Shown: in pieces, positions 36,690 through 43,189 of the stretch
Numbering within the stretch: position 1 is the stretch's first letter
Layout of the letters: each line of letters begins with the position of its first letter
NCBI GenBank assembly: GCA_044350705.1
Contig: JBILHA010000001.1
Location: 310,242 to 353,430 of the forward strand
Direction: 5' to 3'
DNA length: 43,189 nt
Source: Candidatus Kapaibacterium sp.
GTDB lineage: Bacteria; Patescibacteriota; Patescibacteriia; UBA9934
Program-made: the position numbers and the translations under genes
The notes under the pieces: model-generated
Told to the model about the DNA's origin: nothing
Databases searched by the model: none
What the model saw: the letters and a program-made list of their open reading frames with translations, nothing else

Positions 36690-36690
36690 A

Positions 36691-37122
36691 TCAGCATCCG
36701 TACTGGCCGTTCGCAGTCTTTTTCTTCATATATTGGTACGTTTGCTTGATGAGCTGCGACAGTATCTTCTGATCAACATCCGCCAACTTATTGATATATA
36801 AACATGCTACGCTCGTTTTATGCTTACCTAGCTTTTTGAGAAGTGCGGTATTATCACCGGCAAGAACGTACAGCGTGAGATTCTGCTTGCGCGGAGAGAA
36901 ACCAACGAGAGGCCAGTCGCCTTCTTGTGCGCTTCTCTCTGATGTATAGTGATACATTCCAAATCCTACAATGCTCGTACCCCACATTGTACCTTTCTCT
37001 CCTGTTGCCTTTTGAAACATTTCTAAAAGCGCAAATGCGTCCTTTCGCTTCTGCTCTGGCTCAATCGTCCTTAAAAAATCTTCTGGTTTCTGTTTTGTGG
37101 GTTTTGTTTTGAGTTCTGCCAT
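36691..37122 (-). CDS. DUF1801 (YdhG-like) domain protein
   Basis: [51 protein letters not shown]. Confidence 0.88.
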   Translation of the reverse strand: MAELKTKPTKQKPEDFLRTIEPEQKRKDAFALLEMFQKATGEKGTMWGTSIVGFGMYHYTSERSAQEGDWPLVGFSPRKQNLTLYVLAGDNTALLKKLGKHKTSVACLYINKLADVDQKILSQLIKQTYQYMKKKTANGQYGC

Positions 37123-37232
37123 AAACTTCTTTTCTTTGGAGTGCATACCATTTTCATAACAAAAGAACCAGCTGTCTCGAGCTTACCGCAGCGGATCGTA
37201 TCGAGCGTCGTTTTTCTTTCTTGATAGCACGA

Positions 37233-37256
37233 GGCACGCCCCAGACGGAGCGTGCC
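37233..37256 (-). terminator. GC-rich hairpin after cassette 3
   Basis: Minus strand GGCACGCTCC-gtct-GGGGCGTGCC shortly after the stop; no immediate U-tract. Confidence 0.5.
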
Positions 37257-37265
37257 CACGACGTG

Positions 37266-37616
37266 TCAGTCCTCGAATTCGAGGGCGACACGTTTGATCC
37301 GCCGAAAGCGGACGAATCGGAATCCTTGGTTGCGAGCCCCGTAGAAGTCGATCTTTTTCGGATCGTTTTCTTCGACGCTCTCTGACCAGAGCATCCGAAT
37401 GCCCTCGGTGCACAGGACGGCGATCACTGATAGTGGCGCCACAACGACCATCGTATCGAATCTTCCCTCGCGGAATCGATGCGCGATTTCATGCGCGTCG
37501 TCGAATGGACGAGGTTCCCGCTTGATTATGACATCGTCCCCGTATAACGCCTGCAGGGCGCTGATCTGACGGGGGTGGGGGCGGTGGCGCGACATCCAGA
37601 GAACCTTTTTCGCCAT
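37266..37616 (-). CDS. GC-rich small alpha/beta hypothetical protein (116 aa)
   Basis: AAGGAG SD 7 nt before ATG 37616; promoter TTGCTC-17-TATTCT upstream; N-terminal VLWMSRH motif. Confidence 0.75.
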   Translation of the reverse strand: MAKKVLWMSRHRPHPRQISALQALYGDDVIIKREPRPFDDAHEIAHRFREGRFDTMVVVAPLSVIAVLCTEGIRMLWSESVEENDPKKIDFYGARNQGFRFVRFRRIKRVALEFED

Positions 37617-37881
37617 CGTTTGTCTCCTTGGCGGTGGCTCGACCAAACAATTGATCGACGGAGGAGAATACCATTTTTTTAGGACATGAGCAAGAAATCG
37701 AGTGGCTTACGAAGATGATTTTAAGCTTGGGTGGTCATGTGGCAACGGCAAAAATTGCCGAAATTATGTTTGAAAAGATAAGGTAAATTTGTGAATTCTC
37801 AATTTTGAGGATTTTTGCGTTCCAGGTGCTTGGGTTTTCAGGGCGAGCTGCCAAGGGTCGTAATTTGCTCAAGCTTTAAAC

Positions 37882-37945
37882 AAAAAAACCGCCATTTTTC
37901 AATGACGATTTTTTGACAAGGCATGTGGGTCACCTCACACGCCTT
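37882..37945 (-). terminator. Orphan hairpin plus intrinsic terminator following a tRNA-like 3' end
   Basis: Minus strand AAGGCGTGTG..CACATGCCTT then AAAAAATCGTCATT-gaaa-AATGGCGGTTTTTT; G-U pairs form only on the minus strand. Confidence 0.65.
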
Positions 37946-38065
37946 CTCATGGCTCCGATTGCTGGACGGGTTCAGAACGGTGAATTGGCAGATCATTACT
38001 CAGCAACTATCCCAAATAGAGCTTAATGTATATCATTGATCAGAGAAGTCACCTAAATCAAGCAT

Positions 38066-41000
38066 ATGAACACTCCTAAAGAAAATGAAAGCTTAGAGGC
38101 CTCACCCATTCCATCGCCTCGCGAACTTTATAAATCTTTCCACCCAGATTTATTTTCTGACTCAGTAAAGAATACCGAACCTCAGCTGAATAGCATCAGC
38201 CTTGAAAACCACCTTTCAACTCTTGGAAACCGAAGGCAGGAAACGGATTTTGAAAATTTTGCAAAAGCCCTTATTCAAAAAACAATTTGTCCTAATTTAC
38301 TCCCCCAAACAGGATCTACTGGTGGTGGAGATGGCAAGGTAGATTCAGAAACCTTTCCTGTTGCAAGTCAGCTTTCTTTGGCCTGGTGGACGGGGGTTAA
38401 TAGCGAAGCGGACTCCGAACGCTGGGCGTTTGCCTTTAGTACACAGAAAACCTGGAAACCAAAGTTGGGTGCCGATATTAACAAGATCCACGAAACAGGG
38501 CGTGGCTATAAAAAAGCTATTTTCGTGACGAGTGAATACGTTCGTGCCGCAGAACAAAAGGATCTAGAAGACAAGCTTAGCAAAAAATACGGTCTAGAGG
38601 TGAGGATTCTTGATAGAAACTTCATTATTGAAAAGGCTCTTTCCACCGAAAAGTTACGTGAAATTACTGTAAAAGAGCTAAAGATGGATATCCCTAGTAC
38701 GGAATACTTCAAAAAAGGTCCTTTGGATTACAAGCGGGAGCAGGAGCTTGAAGAGCTAAATGAACAAATTGAAGATACTCTTCAAAAAGGAGTGGTTAAC
38801 AATACTGTTGTTGAAGATAGTCTAAAGGCTGCGTTACTGGCTTCTCGGCTTGAGCGGCCTAAATACGAAGTAGATGGTTTTTTTGCAAGAGCGCAGCAAA
38901 TAGCAGAAAAATACGGTTCGACTCACAAAGTTCTTCTGGCCTACTATCAACACGCATGGATCTCCTTTTGGTGGCAAGAGGACTTTATGCAGTTCAACCA
39001 ACACTACGTAAAACTAGAGGCTCTCGCCAAAGGAACGATGAATGTGTATGAACTTGAACTTTTAAACAACCTTAATTCAGTTTTTGAGACAGCAGTATAC
39101 CAAGAGAAGGTGGTTCATGATGTAGATGATCTCAAAGCTCGGTTTACTTTTTTAGCTAATGAGCTAAATCGCATAGCGCAAGATGAGTCTATGTCGAGTG
39201 CCTCCCTGCACGCCAAGACAATATTGGCAGTTCGGGGGCTTATGCACAATCCAGAAGATGCAACAAAGTATCTTAAACATCTTCAGGAATTTATCAAACA
39301 ATCCGAAGGTTTGGCTGGCTATCCATTTGGAACATTCGCCGAGCTAATAATGGGGATGGGTAATGTATTCAGTACACTTCCGGCGTACCAAGAACTTTTG
39401 GATCAATTAACCGCTGCGGTTACTAAACGCGATGGAGATCTTGCGGGTGCAAAAATTTCAATTGAAAGAGCCGCACAGTTCATGAGCGCAGGTAAACCCT
39501 ATGAAGTCATACGTACCGCAGGCAGAGCGCTGCCTAAACTGTATAAAGAAGAAACTATGGAGGAGATGGTAAGGGCTCTATTTTTATGCGCAGTAGCATA
39601 TGAAGAAATAGGCTTATTTTGGGCGGCCAGAGGGACAATGCTTGCAGCAGCATCGCTAGCTCTGAGTGAATTCTGGAATCATCACCGGGTCTTTTCGTAC
39701 CAAAGTTTATGCTGCAACTTCATTAAATGGATTGAATTGCGGCTAGGAAGAGTACCACAAATACTGGCTTGGCATGAGGTAGATTCGTTGATTAAACAAG
39801 CCCTTCTACACGAAGGGTATCCAGAAACAATTTTAAGTGGTGAAGATAACTTTGACGCCATTGTTGGCATGCATTTTTTGAACGCCGACATTGATCAACT
39901 CAAGAAACTTACCAAAGTACCAGATACACTCGATCACTTAGGGCTAGAAAGATCTGGCATGGCCTTGCGTTTCGCCCTTGGTAACAAAGAGGAATTAGAA
40001 ATAATAAAGACCTCATTAGGAGATGAAGACCTGGTAGAATTTATCGCGAAATGGAGAAATCAGCCCGCAAGTGAGGACATCGTACAAAGGCCCACATTTT
40101 ATGAGGGTGATACCGTGACCCTTGAGGCTACCGTTCTTGGATGCCAAATTTCGATCGAGGCAGAAAATTCTCCGGCATGCATCGCATTATCCGAATCAAT
40201 TCTTGCGGCGCTAGAGGCATTCTTAGCCACCGGTTTTAATGATGGTGTTATAGCCAAGACTCCTCTCGTAAAGGTCACGGTACAAAGGGGAGAGGTTGAC
40301 CTTATAGAATCTGAAATCATTGAAACAGCATCGTCGGTATCAGTATCGATTGCCTGTGAAAACTTTGAGTTGAGAAAAATTCCACGTGCTAGACAGGGCG
40401 AGATCCAGGACAAGGTTTTCGGGGCTGTAGCTAATATTTCAGCAACGGGTTTCATTTTTAGTGACACGGAAAAGACCTTGGAAAAACTCTTTGGAGAGGA
40501 TCGGGTGTGTGATCGTGCCTTGGGTTTCACCTCCAGCTTTATCACAGTCGGAAACGTCTTCGGGGATGAGCAAAAGCTCTCAATGAATGATTGGTATTCC
40601 GACAAAGAAGTGATACTTGAACGTACAGAGAAGTGGGACGCTGAGTTGCCTAAAAATGCAGGCAAACCCAAAGAGGTTTTATCGGATAAAAAAGAGGTTG
40701 ACCGTACTCAGATGAAGCATACGGATATAAAACTCATTAGCCTGATCAGCGCTTCTGATTGGGACAGGGCTGGCTGGGTGGGAGTGGGATATTTAACGGC
40801 CCCATCTAGACCCCCCGTGATGATTTTACTCTTTAGTAGCGTAGCAGCTGCCAATGCTATTTTTCAAGAATGGAGAAAGCAAATTGGAGATGATGATACT
40901 GATGACAGGCTGGCAATCACCATTTTAAAAGGTATAGACACTAGGCATCCTAATTATTACCGTGTCTCCATAGGCGCAATGCCACAAGAGAAAGATGGCC

Positions 41001-41332
41001 TTGTAGTAACAATGACCAGAAACCACTTGATGACCCCGACATCAACAAGTAATTTGGATCGTTTCCTGACGAGCTATAAAGCGTATAAAGGATTTCTTTT
41101 AACGTTCGCAGTCTGTGCTGATCCAGCCGCGCTTAATCTCTCAGAGGTTCATTTTAATGAGGGCATTGTTAAACGTCATATTCACGCAAAGGAAGCCTGG
41201 GAGGTAGCGGACGGTGACATTGAAGCTCTTGGGATTTTTCCCGACGATCGGCCACATATACCCTCGGTCCACATTACTGATGCACCTGTATTGGAGCTGT
41301 TGAAGAAGCGAAAAAAACGGGGGGCTAAATAA
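38066..41332 (+). CDS. 1088-aa protein: N-terminal restriction-endonuclease-like (PD-(D/E)xK/Mrr-type) domain plus helical/TPR-like repeats; candidate defence protein
   Basis: FENFAKAL...PQTGSTGGGDGKVDSET...WAFAFS...W..K...D..KI...IFVTS, then long amphipathic helical region; no clear Walker A. Confidence 0.6.
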   Translation: MNTPKENESLEASPIPSPRELYKSFHPDLFSDSVKNTEPQLNSISLENHLSTLGNRRQETDFENFAKALIQKTICPNLLPQTGSTGGGDGKVDSETFPVASQLSLAWWTGVNSEADSERWAFAFSTQKTWKPKLGADINKIHETGRGYKKAIFVTSEYVRAAEQKDLEDKLSKKYGLEVRILDRNFIIEKALSTEKLREITVKELKMDIPSTEYFKKGPLDYKREQELEELNEQIEDTLQKGVVNNTVVEDSLKAALLASRLERPKYEVDGFFARAQQIAEKYGSTHKVLLAYYQHAWISFWWQEDFMQFNQHYVKLEALAKGTMNVYELELLNNLNSVFETAVYQEKVVHDVDDLKARFTFLANELNRIAQDESMSSASLHAKTILAVRGLMHNPEDATKYLKHLQEFIKQSEGLAGYPFGTFAELIMGMGNVFSTLPAYQELLDQLTAAVTKRDGDLAGAKISIERAAQFMSAGKPYEVIRTAGRALPKLYKEETMEEMVRALFLCAVAYEEIGLFWAARGTMLAAASLALSEFWNHHRVFSYQSLCCNFIKWIELRLGRVPQILAWHEVDSLIKQALLHEGYPETILSGEDNFDAIVGMHFLNADIDQLKKLTKVPDTLDHLGLERSGMALRFALGNKEELEIIKTSLGDEDLVEFIAKWRNQPASEDIVQRPTFYEGDTVTLEATVLGCQISIEAENSPACIALSESILAALEAFLATGFNDGVIAKTPLVKVTVQRGEVDLIESEIIETASSVSVSIACENFELRKIPRARQGEIQDKVFGAVANISATGFIFSDTEKTLEKLFGEDRVCDRALGFTSSFITVGNVFGDEQKLSMNDWYSDKEVILERTEKWDAELPKNAGKPKEVLSDKKEVDRTQMKHTDIKLISLISASDWDRAGWVGVGYLTAPSRPPVMILLFSSVAAANAIFQEWRKQIGDDDTDDRLAITILKGIDTRHPNYYRVSIGAMPQEKDGLVVTMTRNHLMTPTSTSNLDRFLTSYKAYKGFLLTFAVCADPAALNLSEVHFNEGIVKRHIHAKEAWEVADGDIEALGIFPDDRPHIPSVHITDAPVLELLKKRKKRGAK

Positions 41333-41333
41333 C

Positions 41334-41362
41334 TTGATTCTTTACCTATTTAGGAATATCAT
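41334..41362 (+). promoter_or_regulatory. Sigma70-type promoter for the structured leader RNA
   Basis: TTGATT-17-TATCAT. Confidence 0.6.
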
Positions 41363-41425
41363 TTTCCTACAACACCTAACCCCAGCATTGCGCTGGGCAC
41401 GGTGTTCACTCCTACGCAAATATTG

Positions 41426-41522
41426 AAGGTCTCTCGACCGGCACTTATTTGCGTAGGGTCGCGTTCCGTAAGGGCGCGGGGTTGTTGCCGAAAGGCGCAG
41501 CCGTCGGTTCGGGGGACCTTTT
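41426..41522 (+). ncRNA. Structured multi-branch RNA, c4/CI-antisense-like
   Basis: Closing stem 41426-41442/41503-41520 (G-U pairs on + only); two GNRA-capped hairpins (GTAA, GAAA); unpaired TATTTGCGTAGGG complementary to sites up- and downstream. Confidence 0.65.
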
Positions 41523-41562
41523 GTGTTCCTCGGATTTTTACTCATAAATCCCTACGCAAAAT

Positions 41563-42066
41563 ATGTCACAAGACAAAAAGCCCATTTTCAAAAAATGGTG
41601 GTTCTGGCTAGGTGCCTTTTTCCTTATCACCTTTGTAGCCGCAGCGGCGAGCGGACCAAGCGAAACGCAGACTTCAAAGGATAATTCACAACAAGAACAG
41701 AACCAAGCCGTATTCAATGGTCCCCACATCCTGTCGCTCACGATTGACGAAGTTCGAGACGAATACGGAATGCCAAACGAAACCTCTTTCGTCGATCCAA
41801 CACAGGAGCAAATTGATCTCGGAACGATTTCTTGGTCAAACAAATATACTCTCGACGGTTATAGCATCCTGATCGACTGGGATGTCGCATCAAGAGAGGT
41901 CACGGGCTTCTTTGTCTCCACAGACGACTCATCGGGCAAGACAAAGGATTGGGAACGCCTTGCTGCCGTTGCGGGCCTTGTGAGAGGTGTCAGCGACTAC
42001 TCGATCGAACCGATTGAAGCAAACAAGTATCCCGGCTATTACACCGGGATCAATGTGAAGGAATAA
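41563..42066 (+). CDS. Membrane-anchored protein with KKPIFKKWWFW N-terminus (prophage surface/exclusion-type architecture)
   Basis: Basic/aromatic N-terminus, TM helix, polar linker and acidic globular domain. Confidence 0.65.
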   Translation: MSQDKKPIFKKWWFWLGAFFLITFVAAAASGPSETQTSKDNSQQEQNQAVFNGPHILSLTIDEVRDEYGMPNETSFVDPTQEQIDLGTISWSNKYTLDGYSILIDWDVASREVTGFFVSTDDSSGKTKDWERLAAVAGLVRGVSDYSIEPIEANKYPGYYTGINVKE

Positions 42067-42199
42067 ACAAAAAACGCTACGCAGGTATCCGCTCTTATTT
42101 TCTGCGGCCCATGTGTGAGGTGTCCGCAATCAGGTCGAGTCTGGATAGCGAATATCTAGATCTTTGGATTATAGACGCCGTTATTGCACTTGTGGCTTT

Positions 42200-43189
42200 C
42201 TAATTCACAAGAAAATCACAAAATCGTAAATAACGCCTGAATAGCTTTATGCTCATTTCTCGGTTTCCAATAATTTCATAACTTTTCATTACATTCACAA
42301 ATCCACCATGACCAGTTGTTTTGTCGAACAAATAATTTATCATTTCTTCTTTTGTATTTATATTTTCTAGTGCGACACCAAGCCCCAAATGAAAATATTT
42401 TGAATTAGATGTGAACCGATCGGTGTGGGGAAAACTGTTTCTCTTTAGTAATTCAAGAAATGACTTAATATTTTTATTTACTGAATATGTTTTTTCAACA
42501 AGTAGCCTCCATGATTCAGGGTCGGTTAGCACAATGCCGTTATTATAGTTATTAAGTTTTTTGTATAAACCAGCGATTTTTTGTTTGGTTTTTGCTTTCT
42601 TTAATTCTTTTATAAAATCCATCTCTGAAATCTTTGTTTTCTGGCGATAATCTTCTTTTTCATCGAAAGTTATATTTACTTCCTTATTATATTTTTCACA
42701 AAGTTTTACAAACTTCTGCTTAATTTCTTTAAAATCAATATCTCTCAAAAAATAATCCAACCCCTGTTTTTTCATTTCTTCAACTTGCTGATATGCGTTT
42801 TCAAACGCCTTTTTTCTTTCGGCCTTAGTGTAAAAGTCACTTTGCGCGATGGCTAAGTAAATTTTAAACTTTTGTTCATAATAATCAGGGTCTGGTTTAC
42901 TATCGTATCTGTAATCCTGTTTGTACTCATTCATATCTCCTTCAATTTCTTCAACCGGTAGCCCTTGTTTTACTTTTCCGCTAAGTATTGAAGATATTGC
43001 TGAATTGGAAAAATTTCTCTCGCCTTTTTTCTTTTTCAAATCATTTTTCAATTCAATAGCAAGGTCAATGTCATATTTAGACGCAAGATCAATAACATTG
43101 TAGGGACCTCGCCACGTTCCTTTGCCATCCGTAATTTCGCTTACACGAAACGCGAGTTCAAAAATTCTCTTTGTGTATTCTTTAAGCTC
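42200..43189 (-). CDS. C-terminal part of a large low-GC helical protein (runs off the window)
   Basis: Frame open to 43189 (ELKEYTKRIFELAFRVSEITDGKGTW...); 15/60 GC in sampled line 42601. Confidence 0.7.
   Translation of the reverse strand, partial: ELKEYTKRIFELAFRVSEITDGKGTWRGPYNVIDLASKYDIDLAIELKNDLKKKKGERNFSNSAISSILSGKVKQGLPVEEIEGDMNEYKQDYRYDSKPDPDYYEQKFKIYLAIAQSDFYTKAERKKAFENAYQQVEEMKKQGLDYFLRDIDFKEIKQKFVKLCEKYNKEVNITFDEKEDYRQKTKISEMDFIKELKKAKTKQKIAGLYKKLNNYNNGIVLTDPESWRLLVEKTYSVNKNIKSFLELLKRNSFPHTDRFTSNSKYFHLGLGVALENINTKEEMINYLFDKTTGHGGFVNVMKSYEIIGNREMSIKLFRRYLRFCDFLVN

Larger units (their letters stand above)
37950..43189. mobile_element. Probable integrated island, left portion (junction at ~37950)
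   Basis: TGGCTCCG is the reverse complement of a tRNA 3' end CGGAGCCA; startless WLRLLDGFRTVNW.. tail; shift in codon usage (CTA/ATA/AGA frequent) and defence/phage-like cargo. Confidence 0.55.

Noticed and set aside
41426-41520. c-di-GMP-I riboswitch or tRNA
   Set aside because: Has a GAAA tetraloop but lacks the GEMM conserved junction nucleotides; no T-loop, anticodon arm or CCA end
1-43189. CRISPR array, complete tRNA/rRNA, IS transposase, DGR/retron reverse transcriptase, or UGA recoding (code 25)
   Set aside because: No regularly spaced repeats, RNA gene bodies, transposase or RT motifs seen; conserved genes end at TGA and are uninterrupted under code 11

Overview
Chromosomal segment in the standard code (TGA used as stop), about 40-45% GC in sampled lines. 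It most likely comes from a Patescibacteria/CPR genome (Uhrbacteria/Magasanikbacteria-like). That placement is an inference from LGAGC lipoboxes, 'VYY-G-DG-R--F-NE--F--W' surface domains, a PIF1 helicase, a SET protein, a CxxC-x17-CxxC protein and several apparently leaderless starts. Positions 1-37.9 kb hold housekeeping and accessory genes: two ABC-F ATPases, an ABC-2 exporter, TrhO, an HI0933 flavoprotein, UDG, an HD hydrolase, M23 and M3 peptidases, YfiH, RimK, PIF1, CobW and a PadR module. Main points of interest: (1) a C50-carotenoid-type cluster crtE-crtB-crtI-[lyeJ on the opposite strand]-cruF plus tspO; (2) three isolated GC-rich single-gene cassettes, each with a strong SD and 3' hairpins; (3) a complete four-segment Ile/Leu/Val leader-peptide attenuator in front of one of them, a GNAT; (4) a probable island junction at ~37950 (tRNA-Asn-like 3' end fused to a recombinase-like tail). 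The island carries a 1088-aa nuclease/helical-repeat defence candidate, a structured RNA with P1-c4/P4-CI-like internal antisense logic upstream of a membrane-anchored protein, and a truncated low-GC gene. All family calls come from motif recognition by eye; no searches were run.
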